Of a stretch of 64,000 bases of DNA, positions 28,585 through 37,060 are shown one piece after another; within the stretch, counting starts at the first letter, position 1; every line of letters begins with the position of its first letter. Source of the stretch: Escherichia phage teqhad. Location: the sequence record NC_054933.1, one strand, 5' to 3'. A program made the position numbers and the translations under genes. The notes beneath the pieces are model-generated. The model ran no database searches. It was not told where the DNA came from and saw nothing but the letters and a program-made list of their open reading frames with translations.

Positions 28585-29139
28585 TCACTTTGAAATCATA
28601 ATTGGAATGACAGAATCAAGATAAGTCTTTAGCGCAATAGCTTCGTCTTTGGTAAATGTGACAATATGTGCTCGAAAATCGTCAATTTGACGAATAGATA
28701 CTACATCTCCCTCTTCATAGCATTTTGACACATTTAAAATAGTTTCATCATTCTGATTGCAAGCGTTAGTAATAATAGCATTGCAATTTTTAAACCATTT
28801 TAAACTGTGTTTTCTTTCATTAGAATAATAAAAATATTTAATCTTATCTATAAAACTATCCCAATGGATAACTGATAAGCATATTGACTCGCTTTCAATA
28901 TTAAATCCTGGGCATGAAGAATAAAAATGAATTTTATGCTCATCATTAATGCTTACAATTTTATCAGTATAAGGATTTTCAATTTGGGTTAAATGAATGA
29001 TTTCACTAGGCGTAAAATATAGCATATCATCTTCTTGTGTCAAACGATACATATTATTTACTTTTTCTATAGCCAATTCACCAAAAAGTGAACTAACTTC
29101 TAATACTAATCGTTTCATATTAATCCTTTTTATTGGCAC
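28585..29139 (-). CDS. hypothetical protein (paralog pair B)
   Basis: 184 aa; C-terminal VSIRQ...KDEAIALKTYLDSVIPIM. Confidence 0.5.
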   Translation of the reverse strand: MPIKRINMKRLVLEVSSLFGELAIEKVNNMYRLTQEDDMLYFTPSEIIHLTQIENPYTDKIVSINDEHKIHFYSSCPGFNIESESICLSVIHWDSFIDKIKYFYYSNERKHSLKWFKNCNAIITNACNQNDETILNVSKCYEEGDVVSIRQIDDFRAHIVTFTKDEAIALKTYLDSVIPIMISK

Positions 29140-29398
29140 GAATTTGTTCTAAAATTTTAGAGTATTCCTTTGTATCAGATTTACGTACAATCGATACACT
29201 ATACGGCATACTATCGGTGTCTTTTATAAAGCGTTCCAAATGACACTCTAATAAAATTTCTGGATTATAAATCGTGTACATCAAATTACCTGTTGCTCCA
29301 CGATATTGACAGATTTCTACTGATTGAACACCATTCCATAATTTTGTTAAGACCAAATCACCTACTTCTAATTTAGGAAAGCCCATGTTATTCACCAA
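29120..29398 (-). CDS. hypothetical protein
   Basis: 92-aa ORF. Confidence 0.45.
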   Translation of the reverse strand: MVNNMGFPKLEVGDLVLTKLWNGVQSVEICQYRGATGNLMYTIYNPEILLECHLERFIKDTDSMPYSVSIVRKSDTKEYSKILEQIRANKKD

Positions 29399-29573
29399 TT
29401 AAAGTTTCAATATAAGAATCAAGATTTACTTTAGCTTCTTCCATAAGAGTTTTGTATTTAATCTTGTTAGCATGTCCGGAGAAAGCTGATTCATCAATAA
29501 CTGTTGATGTATGAACAGCTCTACTATACGTCTCAATTAATTCTCTTAATTTAAAAGCCTGCTCACTTGTCAT
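29388..29573 (-). CDS. small protein, ~60-aa paralog family member
   Basis: 61 aa, MTSEQAFKLRELIETYSRAV... Confidence 0.5.
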   Translation of the reverse strand: MTSEQAFKLRELIETYSRAVHTSTVIDESAFSGHANKIKYKTLMEEAKVNLDSYIETLIGE

Positions 29574-29705
29574 TACATACTCCTTTGAATCATATCAATA
29601 ATATTGTTCACCAGATTATAGGTAAACATTGGGTAATTATATTGAATCATCACATATATAACAAACAAAACTTTCATTCTCTTCTCCTTGACAGTTGACA
29701 AGATT

Positions 29706-29735
29706 ACTATACCATAACCTTGCCAACTTGTAAAC
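29706..29735 (-). promoter_or_regulatory. T4-type early promoter
   Basis: Minus strand GTTTAC - 18 nt - TATAGT. Confidence 0.55.
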
Positions 29736-29737
29736 CG

Positions 29738-29911
29738 TTAAATGTTGTTTTCAATAAAATTCTGAAGCTTTGTGTGAGCATCAACCATGATTTTCATTTC
29801 TTCCTTTGCGAAAGCTGTACCTCTTTCCCGAGCAGAATACTCATAGTCAGAAACTGCATTAGCATATTCTTCAATTAGCTTCATTAAAAACATCTGCTTT
29901 TCAGTTTTCAT
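29738..29911 (-). CDS. small protein (57 aa), ~60-aa paralog family member; below track cutoff
   Basis: ATG 29911-29909 with AGGUGG SD; MKTEKQMFLMKLIEEYANAVSDYEYSAREGTAFAKEEMKIMVDAHTKLQNFIENNI. Confidence 0.5.
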   Translation of the reverse strand: MKTEKQMFLMKLIEEYANAVSDYEYSARERGTAFAKEEMKIMVDAHTKLQNFIENNI

Positions 29912-30095
29912 TATTCCACCTAATCATTTCAAGATATTGAACTAACTTAGCTTTAGATTTATCCAAATCCTTTTTAGCTGCTTCTATACCGTCGTATGAA
30001 TATCCTTCACAATGCTCAACTGCTAATTGATATGAATCTATTTCAATATCACGTGCTAATTTAATGATTTTTTCAAACTGTTCACGTGTTAGCAT
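29901..30095 (-). CDS. small protein, ~60-aa paralog family member
   Basis: 64 aa, MLTREQFEKIIKLARDIEIDSY... Confidence 0.5.
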   Translation of the reverse strand: MLTREQFEKIIKLARDIEIDSYQLAVEHCEGYSYDGIEAAKKDLDKSKAKLVQYLEMIRWNNEN

Positions 30096-30097
30096 AC

Positions 30098-30301
30098 TTA
30101 AACTCTCGTATTATGATCGATAATTTCATCAAGAAACATATCTAACGCTTCTAAAGCATTATCAACTTTAGCTTCAAGTTCATCAATGCCTTTATTTGCA
30201 ATGCCTGACGAAAACCAAGCAAAGTCACTAAGTTCCTCGTCTGCTTTACGAATTAAAGCTACCAATTCTTTAATCTTATCCGCTTGTTCGATACTAATCA
30301 T
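30098..30301 (-). CDS. small protein, ~60-aa paralog family member (start at [13 protein letters not shown])
   Basis: Internal ATG gives 67 aa and an ATGA-type junction with the upstream ORF. Confidence 0.45.
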   Translation of the reverse strand: MISIEQADKIKELVALIRKADEELSDFAWFSSGIANKGIDELEAKVDNALEALDMFLDEIIDHNTRV

Positions 30302-30489
30302 TATTCCACCACATATGAAAGAGAGAATATTGCACACGCCATGTGAGTTGCAACTTCATCACACATATTATAACGTTTCTTAAGAAGTTCTACAAGTTCT
30401 TCACTAGTAACTTCATCCATGTCGACGAAAAAATCACCATTAATGATGACGTAGATATTTCCTTCTTGATTAAGTGCTTCAATTTTCAT
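30301..30489 (-). CDS. small acidic protein
   Basis: 62 aa; GAGGAG SD. Confidence 0.5.
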
Positions 30490-30517
30490 GATGTTCTCCT
30501 CTTTATCCGATGGTTGT

Positions 30518-30547
30518 ATAGTACCACGGCTCAGACGGAAAGTAAAC
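30518..30547 (-). promoter_or_regulatory. T4-type early promoter
   Basis: Minus strand GTTTAC - 18 nt - TACTAT. Confidence 0.55.
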
Positions 30548-30562
30548 CGGTAAAATGAAAAA

Positions 30563-30580
30563 AGTCTCCCGAAGGAGACT
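30563..30580 (-). terminator. UUCG-tetraloop hairpin
   Basis: Minus-strand RNA AGUCUCC-UUCG-GGAGACU upstream of rI.-1. Confidence 0.5.
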
Positions 30581-30584
30581 AATG

Positions 30585-30971
30585 TTATTCGAGGGAAAGA
30601 AGATACTTACTCTGGTAAAACATTCCAGTAATATCATCTATCGTGCTTTGAATGGCTGGAGGCATTTCTTTATAAATGCTGTTAGATTGGTCTAGTATGC
30701 GATCAATCATTTTAATTATGTCGGTAGGAAGTTTACTGGCATCTGGAATTGAAGGTGTGTATTTTCTACCAGAATACCCCAAATATTGCTCACCAAATTT
30801 ATCAATCAAATCTGGCAACTCGGAGAAAATAAAATCGTATGCTTTGTGTCTAGCATAACTTTTAGTTTCAAAATGTGCAGAATGAAAATAAGCTTGTGCA
30901 GCCATTAATAAACCTAAGTATTCATCTGCCTTTGAAGGTTTTCCACTTTGTGAAAAGTCGCTGAATTTCAT
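30585..30971 (-). CDS. rI.-1: rI.-1-like protein
   Basis: 128 aa; position immediately downstream of rI. Confidence 0.6.
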
Positions 30972-31261
30972 TCAGTCTCCAATTTAATGTTCATAATTCT
31001 AGCGTATGATTGTGCCATCTCCGCGCCTCGTTCTATACATTCAAAATCAGAAGAGCACGGGTCATTTTTATAGGTCGTTCTCATAAAACTATAGAACTGT
31101 TCAGATGATTCTACACTTTTATTTTCAAAAAGCATATAAACGTGTCTAATACCAGATTCCATAAATTTATCAAAATGAGGATCGACATTCGCTTCAATCG
31201 ATGGAGATAAAACAAATGACAATCCTAGCATGGCAAATAGTGCCGTTGCTTTTAAGGCCAT
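30968..31261 (-). CDS. rI: lysis-inhibition regulator RI (periplasmic antiholin)
   Basis: 97 aa; N-terminal signal-anchor MALKATALFAMLGLSFVLSPSIEA. Confidence 0.85.
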   Translation of the reverse strand: MALKATALFAMLGLSFVLSPSIEANVDPHFDKFMESGIRHVYMLFENKSVESSEQFYSFMRTTYKNDPCSSDFECIERGAEMAQSYARIMNIKLETE

Positions 31262-31273
31262 AAAGGCCTCCTA

Positions 31274-31486
31274 TCATTTTTGTCCTGTATTTACTTTATG
31301 CCGATGCACGGCCTTAACTTTATCAAGGTATTTTTCAAAATTTCGCAATCTAGTATAGTCTGCCGGAGATTGGTTGAGTGATACTTCTCGACGCAAAGCT
31401 GAAATAACATTTCCAACTTCCCTACGAATTTCATCTAATTGAAGAACAGTAAGATTGCGAAGTTGCTTTTCAGTTAATTGTAGCAT
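31274..31486 (-). CDS. rI.1: rI.1-like small protein
   Basis: 70 aa; synteny between tk and rI. Confidence 0.55.
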   Translation of the reverse strand: MLQLTEKQLRNLTVLQLDEIRREVGNVISALRREVSLNQSPADYTRLRNFEKYLDKVKAVHRHKVNTGQK

Positions 31487-31528
31487 ATATACCCCTTTAG
31501 TTAGATAAACCTATTTATAACTTTTGCA

Positions 31529-32110
31529 CTAACCAAGCTTTTTAGTTAATTCATTCCAATGTTTTCTACACAAAGAAACATAAATTTCATCACCAATACA
31601 GATTTGATTACCTTCTTTAACTGGTGTTCCATCTTCCATTAATCGAGCTGTCATAATCGCTTTTTTACCACAATGACAAACTGCCTTTAGTTCAATAAGT
31701 TTATCTGCAATCGCTAAAAGTTCTTTAGAACCTTCAAACAATTTTCCAGCGAAATCAGTCCTTAATCCATAAGCCATAACAGGAACATTATATGTATCAA
31801 CAATTCGACTCAATTGATGCACTTGTTCAGTTTTTAAAAACTGAGCTTCATCTACAAATACGCAATGAATATCTTTTTGTGCTTCAGCCCATTTATAGAA
31901 CTCAAAAATATCCATATCATCCGTAATAATATTCGCTTCCTGCTTAATTCCAATACGAGAAACGACTTCACAGACAGAATCGCGAGTATCAATAGCAGGC
32001 TTAAGAACTAATACACTCATTCCACGTTCTTTATAATTATGTGCAGCAGTCAAAAGAGAAGCAGATTTTCCAGCATTCATTGCTGCATAAGTAAAAATTA
32101 AACTCGCCAT
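31529..32110 (-). CDS. tk: thymidine kinase
   Basis: 193 aa; P-loop AAMNAGKS; Zn-binding CHCGKK...C..H. Confidence 0.92.
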   Translation of the reverse strand: MASLIFTYAAMNAGKSASLLTAAHNYKERGMSVLVLKPAIDTRDSVCEVVSRIGIKQEANIITDDMDIFEFYKWAEAQKDIHCVFVDEAQFLKTEQVHQLSRIVDTYNVPVMAYGLRTDFAGKLFEGSKELLAIADKLIELKAVCHCGKKAIMTARLMEDGTPVKEGNQICIGDEIYVSLCRKHWNELTKKLG

Positions 32111-32111
32111 T

Positions 32112-32300
32112 TTAGTCCTTAGTTAAATTTTCTAAATATGTTTCTAAATCATTTTCAGCTTTATCGATAGATTTTACTAATTCGTAATATGTTTCGGCAT
32201 CTCCATAATCAGAAGATATTTCAAAAGACAAATCCTTTTCTAAACTAATAATTTCACCAACTAAAAATAATATTTCGTTCTTTTGTTCGCGAGTAATCAT
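32112..32300 (-). CDS. small protein, ~60-aa paralog family member
   Basis: 62 aa, MITREQKNEILFLVGEIISLEKD... Confidence 0.5.
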   Translation of the reverse strand: MITREQKNEILFLVGEIISLEKDLSFEISSDYGDAETYYELVKSIDKAENDLETYLENLTKD

Positions 32301-32482
32301 AAGGAATTTATATAATTAATAAGTTCTTGTTCTTTATTATCGAATTCTTTAGAAAGTTCTTCGTACTCGTTTGCACTAAAAGGACCGCATTCATTACAAA
32401 CTTTTTCCAATTCACTATTTTTATCCATAACTTCGTGGATAAGAGAAAAGAGTTTGTCTTTTTGTTCTTTGCTTAGGCTCAT
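32297..32482 (-). CDS. small protein, ~60-aa paralog family member
   Basis: 61 aa, MSLSKEQKDKLFSLIHEVMDKNSELEK... Confidence 0.5.
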   Translation of the reverse strand: MSLSKEQKDKLFSLIHEVMDKNSELEKVCNECGPFSANEYEELSKEFDNKEQELINYINSL

Positions 32483-32652
32483 ATATTAATTTCCAGAAGT
32501 TTTAAAATAATTCGCTTTTGCTTAAATATTTCCACAGTTAAATGATCAGTATCTTTTTGACCAATTCCAATGGCAAAACCTTTATTAACAGCGAGTTCAA
32601 TTAAATTATCAAGTTCACGTAACACTTCATATTGTAACTCAGAACTATTCAT
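32479..32652 (-). CDS. small ORF (57 aa), ATGA-coupled on both sides; below track cutoff
   Basis: ATG 32652-32650 overlaps the upstream stop; MNSSELQYEVLRELDNLIELAVNKGFAIGIGQKDTDHLTVEIFKQKRIILKLLEINI. Confidence 0.45.
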   Translation of the reverse strand: MNSSELQYEVLRELDNLIELAVNKGFAIGIGQKDTDHLTVEIFKQKRIILKLLEINI

Positions 32653-32882
32653 TTTGGTTCACCTTGTTTTACAAAGTCTGGATACGGTTGAAACCCGGAA
32701 TAGAAACCTTCACCGGTATGATTTGTACATCCTTTATTGGAGCAATAGCAATAGCACCAATAATCAAAATCACATATCATTTCATCGTTACATAAAGTAA
32801 AAACAACAGGCCATTTACACTTTTCACAATGGGCATTTTTAAGAATACTAGTTTGGCTCATAACCATGTAACCTTTAAGCAA
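32649..32882 (-). CDS. cysteine-rich small protein
   Basis: 77 aa with 10 Cys (CEKCKW...CYCYCSNKGC). Confidence 0.5.
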   Translation of the reverse strand: MLKGYMVMSQTSILKNAHCEKCKWPVVFTLCNDEMICDFDYWCYCYCSNKGCTNHTGEGFYSGFQPYPDFVKQGEPK

Positions 32883-33070
32883 TATTCTTCTACATGTTGT
32901 TTACGACCTTTCTTATCAATAAAGGTATATTCAACGAATGTTCCAATGTAGTCTTTATCTACATCATGTGGACTATTAATTGGACATTTAGTACGGCAAA
33001 TGCGTTCCCATTGACGAATAATTTCCACTTTGTTTTTAGGATCAAACGGATGTGGGTAATGTACTTTCAT
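32858..33070 (-). CDS. hypothetical small protein
   Basis: 70-aa ORF. Confidence 0.45.
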   Translation of the reverse strand: MKVHYPHPFDPKNKVEIIRQWERICRTKCPINSPHDVDKDYIGTFVEYTFIDKKGRKQHVEEYCLKVTWL

Positions 33071-33521
33071 AATCCACCACTATTAAATCAATATCAGGAG
33101 TAAACATGTCGATTAATTTAGAAACCTTATCCCAATCGCCGCCAGCAATACCACAACCTATGCGTGGAATGTAAATTACCGGTTTAAACAAAAGGGTTTC
33201 TGCCTGTAGATTTAATTCTATCATGCAGTTTACTAAAGCACCATAATCAAGATTAGGACCCGGTTCGTATTGCGTATACAAATTATAGCATATACTAAAT
33301 CCTGTGGGATTATGTTTAAAAACAATAGACATATCGCCTAATTTATCACGAGAACCGTACTCAGTAGTGGTTTTATCTATTTCTAAAATTTTGGGATAGG
33401 CTCTTGCTAATTGACCAGCTACACCTGAACCCATAGTATGAAAACAATTGCACCCGTGCGCAATAATATTACCTTGAAGAAATAGGGCGACAATATCGCC
33501 CTTGATATATTTTACAATCAT
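33042..33521 (-). CDS. macro-domain protein (ADP-ribose binding/processing fold)
   Basis: 159 aa; KGDIV...IIAHGCNCFHTMGSGVAGQLARAYP and PRIGCGIAGGDW match macro-domain glycine-rich motifs. Confidence 0.65.
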   Translation of the reverse strand: MIVKYIKGDIVALFLQGNIIAHGCNCFHTMGSGVAGQLARAYPKILEIDKTTTEYGSRDKLGDMSIVFKHNPTGFSICYNLYTQYEPGPNLDYGALVNCMIELNLQAETLLFKPVIYIPRIGCGIAGGDWDKVSKLIDMFTPDIDLIVVDYESTLPTSV

Positions 33522-33859
33522 CTAGTACTCAATCCTCGATTATAAGAATCTACCAAACGGTCAACCATTGAATGACAAGCGGCTTTATCTTTCTCCTCCG
33601 CAACTGAACATTCTAAGGTATTCCACTTTTTAGCATATCGTTTTAACAATGTATCATTTTTGTATCTGCTTGATTTATCTCTTTCTCCGTCTTTATATGC
33701 ATATATTAATTTCTGCGCAAATTCAGCTTGGCATGCTTTATTTTTCCCGCAATAATCCGCTGCAGTACGGTTTACATACTCTCTAATTTCAGTATATGAT
33801 GTATCTGCTAACGCAGAAAATGAAATTAATCCTATACATAAAACCAAAATTTTAGTCAT
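33518..33859 (-). CDS. small secreted Cys-containing protein
   Basis: 113 aa; signal peptide MTKILVLCIGLISFSALA; four Cys. Confidence 0.5.
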   Translation of the reverse strand: MTKILVLCIGLISFSALADTSYTEIREYVNRTAADYCGKNKACQAEFAQKLIYAYKDGERDKSSRYKNDTLLKRYAKKWNTLECSVAEEKDKAACHSMVDRLVDSYNRGLSTR

Positions 33860-34397
33860 TTACTATTTCCAAAAGTTTATTATTTTTAAGGTAATTAGCC
33901 TTTTCTAGGACTTCAGAAGCATATTTAGAACCTGCTTTAACATTCCATCCCGAATTATAAGAGGATATTGCTTTTCTTATATCGCCCTTATGTATATTTA
34001 ACCAATAAGAAAGTTCAATGTACGCCCAGGAAGCTGAATTGGACCGTTTATTCAACATTCTTTTTATTTCAGCATCGGTCATATTATAACCAAGTTCCTT
34101 AACTCTTGCTCGCATAGTAGGCAAATAATTTTGGAACATTCCATAAGCGTGATGCTTTGGTTTAGATTTTAAATTAACTCCGCCAGAGCTTTCTTGCCAT
34201 AAAATAGCAGCCATTATATGACCCAATCCGCTCTTGTGGATATTTTTGTGTGTTTTATATTTTCCATCCTTAGAAAATTGTTCCCCGAATTGATACGCGT
34301 AACGCATGTTATCGAGTTGGACATTACTGAAAGTATGCTCGGAGCTATGTGCCATCATTGAAATGGCCAATAGACCAGCGAGTAGTGCTTTTCTCAT
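33852..34397 (-). CDS. secreted lytic-transglycosylase-like (SLT-domain) protein
   Basis: 181 aa; signal peptide MRKALLAGLLAISMMAHS; ILWQESSGG...YGMFQ resembles the SLT catalytic ES...GLMQ motif. Confidence 0.55.
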   Translation of the reverse strand: MRKALLAGLLAISMMAHSSEHTFSNVQLDNMRYAYQFGEQFSKDGKYKTHKNIHKSGLGHIMAAILWQESSGGVNLKSKPKHHAYGMFQNYLPTMRARVKELGYNMTDAEIKRMLNKRSNSASWAYIELSYWLNIHKGDIRKAISSYNSGWNVKAGSKYASEVLEKANYLKNNKLLEIVND

Positions 34398-34404
34398 GCT
34401 TACC

Positions 34405-34866
34405 TCATTGAGTTTTAATTACTGCTTTAGAAGCCTTTCCTGGTAAACGACGACTGTTGATAATTGCCATCCTGCATTGAAGTGACGGGTCTTTGAACTT
34501 CTCATTAGGCTTACAAACCGTAAATCCAAGCCAAAGATTTCCATCTGTGATTTCTAAACGTCCAGGACGATATTCAACCCCATCAATAAAATCCTCGTCA
34601 ATGTCAGGACGCGGAGGCATACTCAGGAATTCATTAACTTCTAAAACATGGTCTTTTATTTTATGGAATAATTCAAAAACATATGTCTCATCAATCTCCC
34701 GTTGAATTGCACGATCAAGAAGATGTTGAGAATATTTTAGATGAAACGATGAGACTCCTGCTGCTTTTGATGCCTCACGAATCTCATTGTTAATTTGACG
34801 AAACTCCGACTCAAAGTGACGACGAAGCTTATTTCGACGGATAAAAACTTCTGTATTGATAGTCAT
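34405..34866 (-). CDS. regB: RegB endoribonuclease
   Basis: 153 aa, MTINTEVFIRRNKLRRHFESEFRQINNEIREASK... recognised as T4 RegB. Confidence 0.9.
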   Translation of the reverse strand: MTINTEVFIRRNKLRRHFESEFRQINNEIREASKAAGVSSFHLKYSQHLLDRAIQREIDETYVFELFHKIKDHVLEVNEFLSMPPRPDIDEDFIDGVEYRPGRLEITDGNLWLGFTVCKPNEKFKDPSLQCRMAIINSRRLPGKASKAVIKTQ

Positions 34867-34925
34867 GTTGTTCTCCTCTTAACTGATAGAAAAATTATAC
34901 CACAGTCAAGAGGAAAAGTAAACAG

Positions 34926-35246
34926 TTATTCTTTAAATCTAATCAATTTATTCATAGACTTTGAAACTTCTGCACGAACCTCATGTAAGTTTTTAAGCTG
35001 TTCAAGACGCTGCTCATAGTAAGCAATTTCATCTTCTTCGAGACAGTCCTGTGAATCTTCTTTAAGATAGCGTGCATAGTCCTGGAAAGCTTTACGGACT
35101 ACTTCCTGGAAGTCATCAAGACTTTGAATTTTCTTAGGAGCGGCAGATACACGACGAGGGGCAGTATAATACTCATAACCAAACCCTGCACTTAATTGAG
35201 CCATTATTATTTTTCCTCTGGTTGGAACACTGCACGACAAGCCCAC
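34926..35246 (-). CDS. hypothetical early protein (likely starts at [13 protein letters not shown])
   Basis: 106-aa track ORF. Confidence 0.45.
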   Translation of the reverse strand: MGLSCSVPTRGKIIMAQLSAGFGYEYYTAPRRVSAAPKKIQSLDDFQEVVRKAFQDYARYLKEDSQDCLEEDEIAYYEQRLEQLKNLHEVRAEVSKSMNKLIRFKE

Positions 35247-35506
35247 ATACTGGCTTCTTTGAGTTTCGTTTTAGCAATAGTTAACTGATCGAGGCTTTCG
35301 GCATAATTCTTCGCGAATTCACAATCTTCACAATTATCTAGTGCTTCCCAGAATTCATCATACAAAGCATCAAAGATAAGTCCTAAACGAACTTCAGCGT
35401 CTTTGATAGCATTCACTTTACCGATTTTCTCTTCAGTATGTGGTTTATAACCCTTAATATCTTCAATCATATTTGACTTCCTCACCAGTACATAAATCAT
35501 ATTCAA
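35207..35506 (-). CDS. hypothetical early protein (likely starts at [10 protein letters not shown])
   Basis: 99-aa track ORF. Confidence 0.45.
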   Translation of the reverse strand: MNMIYVLVRKSNMIEDIKGYKPHTEEKIGKVNAIKDAEVRLGLIFDALYDEFWEALDNCEDCEFAKNYAESLDQLTIAKTKLKEASMWACRAVFQPEEK

Positions 35507-35684
35507 CTAAACGAATAGGTTCATGAATGCCATATCCCTGAACAGAAATTTCTGTCGTAGGATAAATTCCACTAATATCACCCATATTCCACGCTTCATT
35601 AAATTGCTGTTCGCCTGAATTACTAAACCATTCTGCGAAAGCATTTAGCACATCTTTAGAACCTTCAATAATTATCTTTGCCAT
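35463..35684 (-). CDS. hypothetical small protein
   Basis: 73-aa ORF. Confidence 0.45.
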   Translation of the reverse strand: MAKIIIEGSKDVLNAFAEWFSNSGEQQFNEAWNMGDISGIYPTTEISVQGYGIHEPIRLVEYDLCTGEEVKYD

Positions 35685-36046
35685 TACAAACTCTCGGTAA
35701 AGGTACGAGCGATAACGTCGCGCTGCTGTTCCGGAGTCAGAGAGTTAAAGCGAACTGCATAACCGGATACACGGATGGTCAGCTGCGGATATTTTTCCGG
35801 ATGCTTAACTGCATCTTCCAGAGTTTCACGACGCAGAACGTTAACGTTCAGGTGTTGACCACCTTCAATTTTAACTGTAGGCTGTGGCTCAATTTCAATT
35901 TCACGGGCATGCAAACCGTAGAAAATTTCTGGGTCTACAAAAGAGTCCTCTTTAAAGGTTTTAGAGACAATAATTCGTGCTTGAATACCATCTTCAAAAT
36001 AAATAGTACCTTTATGTGTGCCTTCAAGAATTTGATATGCTTTCAT
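35684..36046 (-). CDS. autonomous glycyl-radical cofactor (GrcA/YfiD-like)
   Basis: 120 aa; C-terminal [60 protein letters not shown] carries the RVSGYAVRF glycyl-radical motif. Confidence 0.85.
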   Translation of the reverse strand: MKAYQILEGTHKGTIYFEDGIQARIIVSKTFKEDSFVDPEIFYGLHAREIEIEPQPTVKIEGGQHLNVNVLRRETLEDAVKHPEKYPQLTIRVSGYAVRFNSLTPEQQRDVIARTFTESL

Positions 36047-36053
36047 ATAAACC

Positions 36054-36380
36054 TCAATTAGAAAATAAATTTATCCAAGATTGTTCTTTAATTAAAAATG
36101 GCTCAGAATCATATGCCATTAAACTTTGGGTGATTAGTCCTTTAAAAGGTCCATCAATAAATTCCATGGTAAAATATGGAATTTTATTCATTAACTGTGC
36201 GTTAGGAGCAGTGCACAAAACTCTGCATCCTTTGAATACACCTTTTTGTAATTTGTATTGCTTGGGATAAAATTCGCTTAAAATGTTGTTATTTGCCAAA
36301 ATTTCAAAATGATTTACCAATTTATTTTTAATAGTTTTTGGCGAAAAATAGAGATATTCGAAAAGCTGTGTGTCTGTCAT
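36054..36380 (-). CDS. hypothetical protein (from [12 protein letters not shown])
   Basis: About 108 aa. Confidence 0.45.
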   Translation of the reverse strand: MTDTQLFEYLYFSPKTIKNKLVNHFEILANNNILSEFYPKQYKLQKGVFKGCRVLCTAPNAQLMNKIPYFTMEFIDGPFKGLITQSLMAYDSEPFLIKEQSWINLFSN

Positions 36381-36967
36381 TATTGCATTCCGATTACGAA
36401 AAACTGTGGACGAGTAATACCACCAATGCAACATTTACTATTACAGCAGTAGTGTACAGTGTCAATATGGACGCTATAAATCTTATCCATATCAGGAGAT
36501 TTGACAGGCTCATCAATTATATACAAAATTCGCGAAAGCGATAAACCTCTGAACTTGCTTCCTTTATTACCAATAAAACTGCGTACAGAATCAGTAAATA
36601 AACGAAAACGTATATCATCATTAGAATAACGCGAAAATTCCTTTTTAATGTTATTTGCAGAAATTTTAGCGTAAGCTGAAGTATTAGAAAGAACAATAAC
36701 TGTTCCGCCATCATACAGCCAATTAGCAGCAAAGTTAGTCACAGCAATTGATTTACCAGATTGACGTCCACCATCTATACGAAGTGTGCAGTACTGTTTA
36801 AGTAATTCTTCAAATGGCGGGATATATTCGTTTTTACAAATTTCTTCTACTCTAGCATCAGAATGGTGTGTAAAAGCATTCATCAGGGATAGATAAGGAC
36901 CAGTTAAAAATGTTCTCATTTTATTCTCTCTAAATTTGGGCCATTCCATGGCGCATGAATTGTCCAT
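36380..36967 (-). CDS. P-loop protein (start probably at MRTFLTGPYL near 36919)
   Basis: Walker A GGRQSGKS and Walker-B-like ILYIIDE. Confidence 0.5.
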   Translation of the reverse strand: MDNSCAMEWPKFRENKMRTFLTGPYLSLMNAFTHHSDARVEEICKNEYIPPFEELLKQYCTLRIDGGRQSGKSIAVTNFAANWLYDGGTVIVLSNTSAYAKISANNIKKEFSRYSNDDIRFRLFTDSVRSFIGNKGSKFRGLSLSRILYIIDEPVKSPDMDKIYSVHIDTVHYCCNSKCCIGGITRPQFFVIGMQ

Positions 36968-37060
36968 TTCTGTATTTACCCATTACCGCACTCAGGCTCG
37001 ACCTTATTACAGGTTGGCGGGAATCCCTCATAGAATCATGAGGTCCAGGCTGTTCCCATA

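Noticed and set aside
35678-36270. Plus-strand ORFs 35678-36061 and 36016-36270
   Set aside because: Antisense to the GrcA-like gene and its neighbour; Cys/Phe-rich low-complexity translation typical of reverse frames in AT-rich DNA.
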